A stretch of 64,000 bases of DNA from an uncultured Gemmatimonadaceae bacterium. GTDB lineage: Bacteria; Gemmatimonadota; Gemmatimonadetes; Gemmatimonadales; Gemmatimonadaceae. Where the stretch lies: the NCBI GenBank assembly GCA_963843845.1, contig CAWJMB010000002.1, forward strand, positions 32,001-96,000, read 5' to 3'. A program made the position numbers and the translations under genes. Below are positions 41,251 to 51,387 of the stretch, piece by piece. A model generated the notes under the pieces. The model had not been told where the DNA came from, did no database searches, and worked only from the letters and a program-made list of their open reading frames with translations. Each line of letters starts with the position of its first letter. Positions within the stretch are counted from its first letter, which is position 1.

Positions 41251-41470
41251 CGCGTCAGGAGTATCTCCCCGCGCAGCGCCACCGTCGGATCCGCCGCCCC
41301 GCGCGTCGCGCCGGCAGCAGGCTCGCGACGACCGCCGTGACGATCAGCAGAGGATGCCGAACAGCAGCCTGCCGGCGACGCTCACCGCGAGCGCGAGCGC
41401 CGCGAGGTGCCTAACGCCACGTCAGGCCGCGCGCGTGATCGGAGAGGCGCGTCAGCACCCGGGCGCCCTC

Positions 41471-42751
41471 TCACTTCCGCGGCGCGATCCTCCACAGCTC
41501 GCCGTTCTCCTGGTCCGTGACGACGTACAGCGCCCCGTCCGCCCCCTGCCGCACGTCGCGGATCCGCTGCCGGCGGTCGGCGAGCAGGTGCTCCTCGCCG
41601 GTCACGCGCCCGTTCTCGAGCACGAGCCGCACGAGCTCCGTGTCCTTCATCCCGCCGACGAACACGCTGTTGCGCCACGCCGGGAACGCGCTCCCCGTGT
41701 ACACCTGCATCCCCGACGGCGCGATCACGGGATCCCAGTAGTAGACGGGCTGCTCGGCGCCGTCGCGCGCCGTCGTGGCGCTCGCGATCGGCTGCCCCGA
41801 ATACTCCTCGCCATACGCCTGGAGCGGCCAGCCGTAGTTCTTTCCTCGTTCGACCTTGTTCAACTCGTCGCCGCCGCGCGTGCCGTGCTCGACCTCCCAC
41901 AGCTGCCCGTTCGCGTCGAACGCCAGCGCCTGCACGTTGCGGTGGCCGAGCGACCAGATCTCGGGAAGCGCGCCGGTGCGACCGACGAACGGGTTGTCGG
42001 GCGGCGCGGTGCCGTCCGGACGGATGCGAACGATCTTGCCGAGGTGGCTGTCGAGCTGCTGGGCGTAGCGGCGCATCGGCGTGTCGGAGCGCTCGCCGAA
42101 CGAGGCGTAGAGCATCCCGTCGGGGCCGAACGCGAGGCGTGAGCCGAAGTGCTTGTCGCCGTCGTAGGCGGGGAGCACGCGGAAGATCACGCGCACGTCG
42201 CTCAACCGCGTGCGGTCGGACGAGAGCACGCCGCGGCCGATGCTCGTGCCGTTGCCGCCGTCGCGCGCCTCGCTGAAGCTCCAGTAGATCGTGCGGTCGC
42301 TCGCGAAGGTCGGGCTCAGCGCGACGTCGAGCAGCCCGCCCTGCCCTCGGCTGACGACCGGAGGGACGCCGGCGATCGGGGCGCCGATCTGTCCGCTCGG
42401 CGACACGACGCGCAGGTTGCCGGCCTTCTCGGTCACGAGCAGCGCGCCGTCCGGCAGCGGCTCGACCGCCCACGGCTTCGCGAGCCCGCGCGCGACCACC
42501 GTGACGTCGTACGCGACGTTCGACGTGACGCCGCACGCCCGGGTCTGCGCGGCGAACGCCGGGCGCTGGTCGGGAGTGTTCGCGGCGCGCGTCTCGAGCG
42601 GCGTGCACGTGGAGGCGACCTCGCCGCCGCCGGCGGTCGCCGGCGTCGCTGGCGCGGGCGGGGTGCGCGTGGTCTCCGGCGTCTCGGCGCGGTCGCGGCA
42701 GGCCGCGGCGAGGGAGAGGGCGAGCAGCAGCGTGAGTCGAGAAGTTCGCAT
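41471..42751 (-). CDS. PQQ-dependent glucose/sorbosone dehydrogenase family lipoprotein
   Basis: Lipobox AAAC, GQGGLLDV, HFGSRL, GHRNVQ, EHG..GGDELN, NYGWP, RIRDV. Confidence 0.92.
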   Translation of the reverse strand: MRTSRLTLLLALSLAAACRDRAETPETTRTPPAPATPATAGGGEVASTCTPLETRAANTPDQRPAFAAQTRACGVTSNVAYDVTVVARGLAKPWAVEPLPDGALLVTEKAGNLRVVSPSGQIGAPIAGVPPVVSRGQGGLLDVALSPTFASDRTIYWSFSEARDGGNGTSIGRGVLSSDRTRLSDVRVIFRVLPAYDGDKHFGSRLAFGPDGMLYASFGERSDTPMRRYAQQLDSHLGKIVRIRPDGTAPPDNPFVGRTGALPEIWSLGHRNVQALAFDANGQLWEVEHGTRGGDELNKVERGKNYGWPLQAYGEEYSGQPIASATTARDGAEQPVYYWDPVIAPSGMQVYTGSAFPAWRNSVFVGGMKDTELVRLVLENGRVTGEEHLLADRRQRIRDVRQGADGALYVVTDQENGELWRIAPRK

Positions 42752-42991
42752 GACAGGGCCGGGCGGCGGTGAGTGCAGTGCGCCGGTCTCGCGCGGGCCG
42801 AGCGGCCGGTCTCGCGGAGCGACGGGCGATCGCGTTGGGTCGAGCGTCTCGGACGAGCGTCTCGGACGAGCGTCTCGAAGACGAGCACGTCACGCACGCT
42901 CCGGGCCCGCGCGGTCCTCACCCGCCCCGATGCCGCCGAACGGTTCTCCGCGCTCGGATGTCGAACGGACGCCTCCTTCCGCGAGCCCGCG

Positions 42992-45415
42992 ATGTCAGTC
43001 CGGCCGACCGAACTGTGGAGCGACGTGCGCTACGCCGCCCGCGCCCTGCGCCGCACGCCGACGTTCACGCTGTTCACCGCCCTCGTCCTCGCGTTAGGCA
43101 TCGGCGCGTCGACCGCCGTGTTCAGCGCCGTCGACGCCGTGCTGCTCGCGCCGCTCCCCTACCCGCGCGATCAGCAGCTCGTGCGCGTCTATCAGCAGAA
43201 TGCGCCGACGAACCGCTGGACGCTCTCGGTCGTCGACCTCGAGGCGATCGAGCAGTCGAGCCGCTCGCTGTCGGCCGTCGGCGCGCTGCGCAGCACGAGC
43301 GTCGGCGTCTCGGCCGGCCGCGATGCGGAGCGCATGCCGGTCGGCTACGTCACGGCCGGTATTCTCGACGCCCTCGACGTGCGGCTCGCCGCCGGCCGCC
43401 GCCTCGCGCGCGCCGACGAGGCGCCCGGCGCCGCACCGGTCACTCTCGTCGGGTACCGATTCGCGGAGCGAGCGTTCGGAAGCGCGGCGGCGGCGGTCGG
43501 GCGCGAGATCACCGTCGACGGCGTCGTGCACCGCGTCGTCGGCGTGCTGCGCGCGCAGGACACGGCGCTCGGCGGGCGCGACGGCGACGTGTGGCCGGTG
43601 CTCCGTCGCGTCACGCCGACGCGCCGGGGGCCGAACGGGTTGTACGTCGTCGGGCGGCTCCGCGACGGGATGACGCTGCGCGACGCGCGGCGCGACCTCG
43701 CGGCGGTCAGCGTCCGCCTCTTCCCGCAGTGGCGCGCCAGCTTCCAGGACGAGCGCGCCCGCCTCACGCCATACGCGCTGCGCGACGAGATCGTCGGCCA
43801 GGCGACGCGGCCGCTGTCGCTGTTCACGATCGCCGTCGCGCTCGTACTGCTCATCGCCGTCGCGAACGTCGCGAGCCTCGGCGTCGTGCGGGCGCTGCGG
43901 CGCGGACGGGAGATGGCGCTGCGCACGGCGTTGGGCGCGTCGCAGGCGCGCCTCGCGCGGCTCGTGGTCACGGAGAGTCTGCTGCTCGCCGGCGCGGGCG
44001 GCACGTCGGGCATCCTCCTCGGCTGGGCCGCGCTGCGCGTCCTGCAGGCAGTCGCGATCGGCATTCCGCGGCTCGACACGGCTCACCTCGACGCGCGGTC
44101 GCTCGGCGTCGCGCTGCTCGTGACGGTCGTGGCGGGAACGGCGATCGCGCTCGCGCCCGCGGCGCGGCTCGCGACGGGGAGCGCGCGCGACGGGATGCGC
44201 GAGGGGTCGCGGGGCATCGGCGACAGCCGGCGCACCGACCGCATCCGCTCGGCGTTCGTCGGCGCCGAGTTCGCGCTCGCGCTGCCGGTGCTCGCGATCG
44301 GCGCGCTGCTGCTCGTCAGCGTCGCGCGCTTGCAGGCGGTCGACCCGGGCTTCGACGCGCGCGGCGTCTACACGATGACGGTCGGACTTCCGCGCACGGT
44401 CGACGACGCCGCGGTAGGCACGTTCTGGACGCGGCTCGCCGGCGTGCTCGGGGCGCAGCGCGGCGTGACGCAGGTCGCGCTCGGGACGGCGTCGCTGCCG
44501 AACGACCAGGGCAACAGCAACACGAACTTCCAGGTCGCCGACGCCCCCGTTCCGTTAGGCGCCGCCGAGCCGAACGTGTCGTGGGCGAGCGTGAACCCCG
44601 CGTTCTTCGCGGCGCTCGGCGTGCCGCTCGTCGACGGCCGGATGTTCACGCCGGCGGACACGGGGGGGAGCGCGCCGGTCGCGCTCGTGTCGCGCGCGTG
44701 GACGCGGCGCTACTCGCCGGAGCGGTCGCCGGTCGGGCGTCAGCTCATTCCGGGCGGGTGCATGGAGTGCCCGCGCACGACGATCGTCGGCGTCGTCGGC
44801 GACGTGAAGGTCGACGGCCTCCGCCTGTCCGGCGAGGCGGTGTTCGGTCCGCTCGCCGAACGGTGGCCGCGGCAGCTCCACGTCTACGTGCGCGCCGCGC
44901 CGGACGTGTCGCCCGCGGCGGTCGAGCGCGCGATGCGGAACGCCGCCCGCTCGGTCGACGGCTCCGCCGGCCTCGGTCCCGTGCGCGCGCTCGACGAGCA
45001 GGTCTACGCGTCGATCGCCGCGCCGCGCCACTCGGCGTTCATCCTCTCGGCGTTCGCGGCGGCGGCGCTGCTCCTCGCGGCGGTCGGCATCTTCGGGCTG
45101 CTGTCGTACTCGGTCGCGCTGCGGCGCCGCGAGATCGGCGTGCGCATGGCGTTAGGCGCCTCGTCGTCGCACGTCGTCGGCACGATCGTCGGCGGCGGGA
45201 TGCGGTGGGCCACGGGCGGCGCGATCGTCGGGCTCGCGCTGACGGTGCTCGCGGCGCGGTGGGTACGCGGCGCGCTGTTCGGCGTCAGCGCGGTCGATCC
45301 CGTGCTGCTGATCGGCACCGCGGCCGCGCTACTCACCGTCGCGCTCGTGGCGGCGTGGCTCCCGGCTCGGCGCGCGGCGTCGGTCGATCCGCTGGAGGCG
45401 ATGCGGCCGGAGTGA
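42992..45415 (+). CDS. Duplicated MacB/FtsX ABC permease (ADOP type), no adjacent ATPase
   Basis: DVRYAARALRR, LALGIGA, ANVA, EMALRTALGA, REIGVRMALGA, PARRAASVDP. Confidence 0.9.
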   Translation: MSVRPTELWSDVRYAARALRRTPTFTLFTALVLALGIGASTAVFSAVDAVLLAPLPYPRDQQLVRVYQQNAPTNRWTLSVVDLEAIEQSSRSLSAVGALRSTSVGVSAGRDAERMPVGYVTAGILDALDVRLAAGRRLARADEAPGAAPVTLVGYRFAERAFGSAAAAVGREITVDGVVHRVVGVLRAQDTALGGRDGDVWPVLRRVTPTRRGPNGLYVVGRLRDGMTLRDARRDLAAVSVRLFPQWRASFQDERARLTPYALRDEIVGQATRPLSLFTIAVALVLLIAVANVASLGVVRALRRGREMALRTALGASQARLARLVVTESLLLAGAGGTSGILLGWAALRVLQAVAIGIPRLDTAHLDARSLGVALLVTVVAGTAIALAPAARLATGSARDGMREGSRGIGDSRRTDRIRSAFVGAEFALALPVLAIGALLLVSVARLQAVDPGFDARGVYTMTVGLPRTVDDAAVGTFWTRLAGVLGAQRGVTQVALGTASLPNDQGNSNTNFQVADAPVPLGAAEPNVSWASVNPAFFAALGVPLVDGRMFTPADTGGSAPVALVSRAWTRRYSPERSPVGRQLIPGGCMECPRTTIVGVVGDVKVDGLRLSGEAVFGPLAERWPRQLHVYVRAAPDVSPAAVERAMRNAARSVDGSAGLGPVRALDEQVYASIAAPRHSAFILSAFAAAALLLAAVGIFGLLSYSVALRRREIGVRMALGASSSHVVGTIVGGGMRWATGGAIVGLALTVLAARWVRGALFGVSAVDPVLLIGTAAALLTVALVAAWLPARRAASVDPLEAMRPE

Positions 45416-45434
45416 GTGCGCGGGCTCGTGACCG

Positions 45435-45821
45435 CTAGCCGTTCACGAGCGCGTGGATGTTGCCGTCCGGGTCCTTGAACCAGGCGACGCGCATGTCGCC
45501 GGAGACGTGGACGTCGCCTTCGCGCGTCGTATCCGGCATGTCGTAGTGCTCGAATCGCACCTGCCTGTCGCGCAGCGCGTTCACGACCGCGTCGACGTCG
45601 AGCCCCGTCCACGTCGCGGCGGTCGACTGGTTCGAGCCGGCGAACGGGGACTCGTAGACGAGCAGGTTCCCCGACCCGACTCTGTACGCGGCGACGCCGT
45701 CGCGACTCCCGGCGTCGTCGCGGGTGAAGCCGAGCGTGTGCTCGTAGAAGCGTGTCGCCACCTCGAGGTTGCGGACGGGGATGGTGGCGATGGGGGTCGC
45801 CTGGGCGAGGGTCGAGATCAT
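45435..45821 (-). CDS. VOC/glyoxalase family protein
   Basis: RFYEHTLG, AWFKDPDGN. Confidence 0.85.
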   Translation of the reverse strand: MISTLAQATPIATIPVRNLEVATRFYEHTLGFTRDDAGSRDGVAAYRVGSGNLLVYESPFAGSNQSTAATWTGLDVDAVVNALRDRQVRFEHYDMPDTTREGDVHVSGDMRVAWFKDPDGNIHALVNG

Positions 45822-45949
45822 GGCGGTGAGCTCCAGTGTTGTGAGGGGCTCACCGCTGCGCGACTCGTGCCACGCGCCGAGCGGAGCGCCTGGAGCATGC
45901 GCCGCAGGCGAGCAGTGGGGCCGACACGGGGGCGAGCGTGCGGCGGTCG

Positions 45950-46984
45950 TTAGGCCCCAACTCGCCGGCGCAGCACGACCGGCAGCGCGAGCGGCACGCT
46001 GATCGCGAATCCGTCGATCCGCTCCGCGTCGCCGAGGCGCGTCACGTCGTCGGCCGTGCTCAGCAGCGCGTCGGTGGCGACGGCGAGCGCGAGTCGGATC
46101 ACCGGCGCCCCCGGACAGCCGTGCGCCCCGCGGCCGAACGCGAGATGGGCGCGGGCGCTCTCGCCGAGGTCGAGCGCATCGTCGCCGAGCGCCGGGTCGC
46201 AATCCGCCTCGGCGAGACGCAGCACGACGCGCTCTCCTGCCGCGATCCGCGCCGTGCCTAACGACAGGTCGGCCGCGGCCCGCCGGAACACCGCGCGCGA
46301 CGGGCCGGCGCGGCGCAGCAGCGCGTCGACTGCGCGAGGCATCAGCCCGCGATCCGCTCGAAGACGCCGCATCTCGGCCGGGTGACCAAGCAGCACCTGC
46401 CACGCGCCGCCGAGCACCGCCGGCAGCGTCTGCGAGAGTGCGACGAACGCCTGCACGTCCGGCCACGCGCTCGCGCCGTGCAGGTCGCGCGCGAGCGTCG
46501 CCGCGGCCGCCTGCGCGTCAGGCGCTACCGTGGCGTCGGTGGCGGTCGCCGCGGCGAGGAACAGCGTGCGCGCCGGCTCGGCGAGTCGCTCCGCGACGTC
46601 CGGCGGCGTCCCCGTCACCGTCGCCGCGACGGCGAGCGACCACGGCGTCGCGAACTCGCGCACGAGGTCGACCGGCTCGTGCGCCGGGAGCGCGTCGGCG
46701 AGCCGCCGGGCCGTCGCGGCGAGCTCGGTACGCCAGGCGGCGAGTCGCGCCGGCGACAGCTCGCGCGTCGTCGCGGCGCGCACGACGGTGTGCGGCGCGC
46801 TCGCGTTCTGCGCGCTCGCGTTCTGCGCGCTCGCGTTCGGCGCGCCGTTAGGCACTCGATCCGGCGCGCCGGTCGACGAACCAGGCGGCGCGTTGCCGAC
46901 CGTGAGTCGCGGGTCGTGCAGCGCGGCGACGACGTCGGCGTGCCGGCTCACGATCCACGCGCCGAGCTCGGGATCGAAGTACAC
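45950..46984 (-). CDS. Atypical short cytochrome P450
   Basis: WIVSRHADV, AFGRGAHGCPG heme-Cys motif; ExxR appears as ALLR. Confidence 0.8.
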   Translation of the reverse strand: MYFDPELGAWIVSRHADVVAALHDPRLTVGNAPPGSSTGAPDRVPNGAPNASAQNASAQNASAPHTVVRAATTRELSPARLAAWRTELAATARRLADALPAHEPVDLVREFATPWSLAVAATVTGTPPDVAERLAEPARTLFLAAATATDATVAPDAQAAAATLARDLHGASAWPDVQAFVALSQTLPAVLGGAWQVLLGHPAEMRRLRADRGLMPRAVDALLRRAGPSRAVFRRAAADLSLGTARIAAGERVVLRLAEADCDPALGDDALDLGESARAHLAFGRGAHGCPGAPVIRLALAVATDALLSTADDVTRLGDAERIDGFAISVPLALPVVLRRRVGA

Positions 46985-46996
46985 CGCGCTCGACCG

Positions 46997-47404
46997 CTAC
47001 TTCGCCCGCATCCGGTTGTTCTTCGCGCCGTGCTCCAGCTCGCACAGCCCGAGCGCCTCCAGGAGCGGCGGCACGTACACGCCGAACCGCCCGCGCAGCC
47101 CCTTCTTGAGTCCGTACCATCCGCCCACGGGGTTCGTCGCCGCGCGCCCCCACGCCTCGACCGTGCCCTCCGTCGCCGGCTTCTGCTCGTCCGCGCCGCC
47201 GAGCGCCATCCAGTCGCCGTGCGCCGTCAGCATCGCGTGCAGGTCGTCGACGCAGCGCGCGTCGTAGTGCAGCACGGTCGAGCCGACGGTGCAGACGAGG
47301 ATCTGTCGCCCGTCCTGCTCGGCGACGTGCACCGTGTAGGCGGACGTGCCCGGCGCGGTCGTGAGCCGCCAGGGATTCGCCGTCGTACGGTCGAGTGTCG
47401 TCAT
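46997..47404 (-). CDS. Conserved hypothetical protein (DUF6855-like)
   Basis: GDWMALGGADEQKP..GTVEAWGR..NPVGGWYGLKKGLRGRFG. Confidence 0.7.
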   Translation of the reverse strand: MTTLDRTTANPWRLTTAPGTSAYTVHVAEQDGRQILVCTVGSTVLHYDARCVDDLHAMLTAHGDWMALGGADEQKPATEGTVEAWGRAATNPVGGWYGLKKGLRGRFGVYVPPLLEALGLCELEHGAKNNRMRAK

Positions 47405-47460
47405 CCGGGCCTCGGGTGGTCGGCGGGCGACGGGATGGTACACGCCGCGGCGGCCGACCG

Positions 47461-48531
47461 TCAGGCCGTCGCCGGCGGCGCCGCGAGCGCCGAGTCCGCG
47501 TACGTCGGCGTCGACCGCAGCACCGCCCGCTCGTCGTCCGTCATGTCGACCGCGACGTCGCCGAACAGCGGCGTGCTCAGATAGCGCTCCCCCGTGTCCG
47601 GCAGCATGCACAGCACCGTCGACCCGCGCGGCGCCTCGGTCGCGACCTGCATCGCCGCCGCGAACGTCCCCCCCGACGACGTGCCGACGAAGATCCCCTC
47701 GGTCTGCGCGAGCTGACGGCTCCACCGCATCGCGTCGGCGTTCGCGACGGTGACCACGCGGTCGACGTAGTGCGCGGCGACGGCGTCGCCGGCGAGCTTC
47801 GCGATGAAGTCGGGGCTCCACCCCTGCATCGGATGCGGCTTCCACGACGGATGCCGCGACGCCGGCGTGCCGTCCGCGTGCCGCTCCTGCGCCGCGCCGC
47901 TCGCGACCATCGGCGCCTCGGCCGGCTCGGCGAGCACAATCTGCGTCTCGGGACGCTCGGCGGAGAGCACGCGGCCGACACCGTTCAGCGTGCCGCCGGT
48001 GCCGAAGCCGGTCACCCAGTAGTCGAGGCGCCGGCCGTCGAAGTCGGCGAGGATCTCGCGCGCCGTCGTCCGCGCGTGCATGTCGGCGTTCGCCTCGTTC
48101 TCGAACTGGCGCGCGAGAAACCAGCCGTGCGCCTCGGCCAGCTCGCGCGCCTTCTGCACCATCCCCGTCCCGCCCCCCGCCGCCGGCGTCAGCACGACCT
48201 TCGCGCCGAGGAAGCGCATGAGCTTGCGGCGCTCGACGCTGAACGACTCGGCCATCGTGACGACGAGCGGGTAGCCCTTCTGCGCGCACACCATGGCGAG
48301 CCCGATCCCGGTGTTGCCGCTCGTCGCTTCGATCACCGTCTGCCCGGGGCGCAGCGTGCCGTCGCGCTCCGCCGCCTCGATGATGCCTAACGCGAGGCGA
48401 TCCTTCACGGAGCCCATCGGGTTGAACGCCTCGATCTTGACGAACAGATCGACCCCCTCGGGCGCGAGCCTGGCGACGCGGACGACCGGCGTGCGGCCGA
48501 CGGTCTCGAGGATGTTCGTGTAGAGCGTCAT
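47461..48531 (-). CDS. cysK: Cysteine synthase (PLP)
   Basis: NPMGSVKDR, EATSGNTG, GFGTGGT, SSGG, PDTGERYLST. Confidence 0.92.
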   Translation of the reverse strand: MTLYTNILETVGRTPVVRVARLAPEGVDLFVKIEAFNPMGSVKDRLALGIIEAAERDGTLRPGQTVIEATSGNTGIGLAMVCAQKGYPLVVTMAESFSVERRKLMRFLGAKVVLTPAAGGGTGMVQKARELAEAHGWFLARQFENEANADMHARTTAREILADFDGRRLDYWVTGFGTGGTLNGVGRVLSAERPETQIVLAEPAEAPMVASGAAQERHADGTPASRHPSWKPHPMQGWSPDFIAKLAGDAVAAHYVDRVVTVANADAMRWSRQLAQTEGIFVGTSSGGTFAAAMQVATEAPRGSTVLCMLPDTGERYLSTPLFGDVAVDMTDDERAVLRSTPTYADSALAAPPATA

Positions 48532-48555
48532 GACGACCTCCGGGGAAGGGATCCT

Positions 48556-50066
48556 TCAGCGTGCGCCCGGCACTGCGCCCGGCACGCTCGCGGAAAGCTC
48601 GCCGGCCGGCGTCGGGTGCGCGACGAGCACCGCCGTGATCGCGAGGACGAACGCCGTGAGCGCGACCTCGATCGCCGCCGAGCGACGCATCCGACGCACG
48701 TCGCGTCCGTCCGCGACCCTGCCCAACGACGGCGTCACGACCTGCCAGTTGTACGCCCCGACCGCCGCGACGAGCACCACGGCGCCGAGCTTCCAGAGCA
48801 GCGCCTGGCCGTACTCGGTGCCCGACAACGCCGCGATGCCGCCGACGTAGGTCACGCCGAGGACCGTACCCGAGACGGCGACGAGGCTGGCGCAGAGCAG
48901 CGCGATCGGCGAGAACCCCCGCACGAGCGCGAGCAGCGCGCCCCCGCGCTCGGCGTCTGGCACCTGCCGGACGAGCGTCGGGATGCCGGCCGCGGCGAGG
49001 ACGAACAGCGTCCCGAGCCACCCGCCGGCGCCGGCGACGTGGAGCGCGTCAGCGACCATCGTCAGCACCGGCATCGTCGACGCCGCGGCGTGGCCGGACA
49101 GGCCGGGCGTGAGCGTGAGCACGAACGCGCCGGCGGCCGCGATCGGCCACCCCGCGCGTCGACCCGTCGGCTCGGGGCGCGACGCTCGCGCGACGCCCGC
49201 GACGCCCGCGTGAAGCCGGTCAGCGCGACGACCGCGGCGACGACTTGCAGCGCCCACCCCCACCCCCACACCGTGCTCGTGAGCATCGGCACGAGCGGTG
49301 CGCCGATCGCGGCCCGCTGCGCGAACAGTCGCAGCATCGCGCCGACCAGGAGGATGCCCACGCCGGCCGCGCCCCACGACGCGGCGCGCGCGCGCGCCGG
49401 CGCGACGAGCGTCGCGGTCGCGGTGCCGTCGCGCGCCACACGTTCCACGCGCGGCAGCACCGTGAAGGTGAACGCGACGGCGCCGAACACGCCGAGCAGC
49501 CCGACGGAGGTCAGCCACCGCCCCGCGATCGCCTGTGCCGACTCGGCGAGCGACGTGTCCTCGGCCGACACGAGCGGCGTCGTGTCGGCGGCCGGCATCG
49601 GCGACGTCGCCGGCGCGAGCGTCGGCGTCGACGGCAGCGCCGTGTCCGTCGCCGCGCCCGACGGAGCCGCGCCCGACGGAGCCGCGCCCGAGTCGACCGC
49701 GAACGCGAACTCGCCGCGCGTGGGGTGGCCGTCGTCGCCGGCGACCTGCCAGCGCACGGTATACCGCCCCGCGCCTACCGCGCCGACGATCGCCGAGACG
49801 ATCGTCGCCCGGTCGCGCGGCGAGAGCACGAGCGGGTCGAGCGCCACCGTGTCGCCCCGCGCGCTCACCAGCGTGACGCGCGTGAACGCGAGCGACGGCG
49901 GCTCGGAGAACGTGAGGCGCAGCTCGCGCGGCGGTTCGGCGAGCCGCCCGTTCGCGGCGGGCACCGAGCGGCGCAGGTGGGCGTGGGCGAACGCCGCCGG
50001 CACCGCGATGAGCGAGACGAACAGCGCCGCGACGACGGCGCGGCGCGCGGAAGTCAGAGCGGTCAT
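48556..50066 (-). CDS. copCD: CopC-CopD fusion copper resistance/uptake protein, frameshift near 49170
   Basis: Signal + HAHL.SVP, DDGHPTRG (CopC); LSGHAA, ADALHV..AGGWLG, TEYG..L..K (CopD). Confidence 0.85.
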
Positions 50067-50130
50067 GCCCTCCAACTTATGCCGCGGCGGGAGCGCGGCG
50101 CAGGTCGCTACGGGACCGCGGCGCAGGTCG

Positions 50131-51387
50131 CTACGGGACCCCGCGCCCCCGCGCTCGCGCCGCCGCGCTCGTCGTGTCGCGCCGCACCGGCTTCCGCGTC
50201 GTGTCGGGCACCACCCGTCCGTCGTGCGACATGCCGTCGTGCGACATGCCGTCGTGCGACATGCCGCCCGTCATGGTGCCGTACGGCATGCTCACCATCC
50301 GCCCCGTGCGGTCGTCGTGGTGCATGACCGCGCCATAGCTCACCGTCGGCGTCGGCAGCGTCGGCAGGAAGCCGACGGCGGGGCCGCCCATGTTCTCGAT
50401 CCCCATCTCGCGCGACATCGTACGCCACGCCTCGGTCGAGGCCATGACGAGCGTCGTGTCGTCGCGGAACCGTGCTGCGGCGCGCAGCAGCTCGGCGCGC
50501 TTGCGGCTGCGCGGCACGCTCGGGTTCGCGAGCACGTCGCTCACGACGTCGTGCATCGAGTGCAGGTTGTCGAAGACGATCGCCGCCTCCGGATAGCGCG
50601 CCGCGAAGGTCGGCGCGACGACGGCGGTCATCGGCATCTGGTGCGGCAGCGTGGTCGGCGGGGTGCCCAACATCTGCCAGAAGCGCGTGACCGTGGCGCG
50701 CACGCCGGCCTGCCGCGCGGCGCTGGTCGTGCCGACGAGGAGCGGCTCGTACAGCCCGACCTGCAGCCAGTGGTAGGCCCAGATCAGCCCGTTGAACTTC
50801 GGGTACGTCTTCCGGAACGCGAGCGAGTACGGCTGCTCCTGCATGAGCGCCATCGACTTCGGGCGCGCCGATGAACGCGAGGTCCGGCCGCGTGCGATAG
50901 TAGGCGACGAGGCGCGCGACTTCGCGATCCTTCGCGCGCTCGATCGAGTCGTTCGTCGGCCAGCACGTCGTAGAGCTGGCGGTGAAGGATGTGCGCCCAG
51001 TCGAACATCGTCTTCACTTCCGGAACGAGCTTCGCGTACTCGATCTCGATCGCCGACTCCTCGAGCGGCACGCGCGGCGGGCGCACGAGTACGCGCCGCG
51101 TGAGGTCCTCGTAGCGCCTCACCTCGAGCTCCGACGCCGGCGCGCTCGGCCGCGTCCACAGCGTCTCGTAGAGGATCGCGTGGCCGTAGTCGAACGCGTT
51201 GAACAGCCGGTCCGCGAACGCGTAGTCGCGGCGAAACGTCCAGTTGTGCGGCGCCTGGAGGTAGAACGTCTCGTAGGTCGTCGCCCACTGCGCGGCGGCG
51301 GGGCGCGGGGACGCGATGCCGAACGCGCCGATCGCGGCGATCGCGCTCATCGTGACGGCGACGAGCGGCCTGGCGTGCGCCCCTCAT
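50131..51387 (-). CDS. Secreted His/Met-rich hypothetical protein, several frameshifts
   Basis: Fragments FDYGHAILYE, FDWAHILHRQLYD, WAYHWLQ..LYE, FDNLHSMHD and (MSHDG)3 tail across ORFs 50784-51350 and 50131 frame. Confidence 0.6.
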   Translation of the reverse strand: MRGARQAARRRHDERDRRDRRVRHRVPAPRRRAVGDDLRDVLPPGAAQLDVSPRLRVRGPAVQRVRLRPRDPLRDAVDAAERAGVGARGEALRGPHAARTRAPAARAARGVGDRDRVREARSGSEDDVRLGAHPSPPALRRAGRRTTRSSARRIAKSRASSPTIARGRTSRSSARPKSMALMQEQPYSLAFRKTYPKFNGLIWAYHWLQVGLYEPLLVGTTSAARQAGVRATVTRFWQMLGTPPTTLPHQMPMTAVVAPTFAARYPEAAIVFDNLHSMHDVVSDVLANPSVPRSRKRAELLRAAARFRDDTTLVMASTEAWRTMSREMGIENMGGPAVGFLPTLPTPTVSYGAVMHHDDRTGRMVSMPYGTMTGGMSHDGMSHDGMSHDGRVVPDTTRKPVRRDTTSAAARARGRGVP

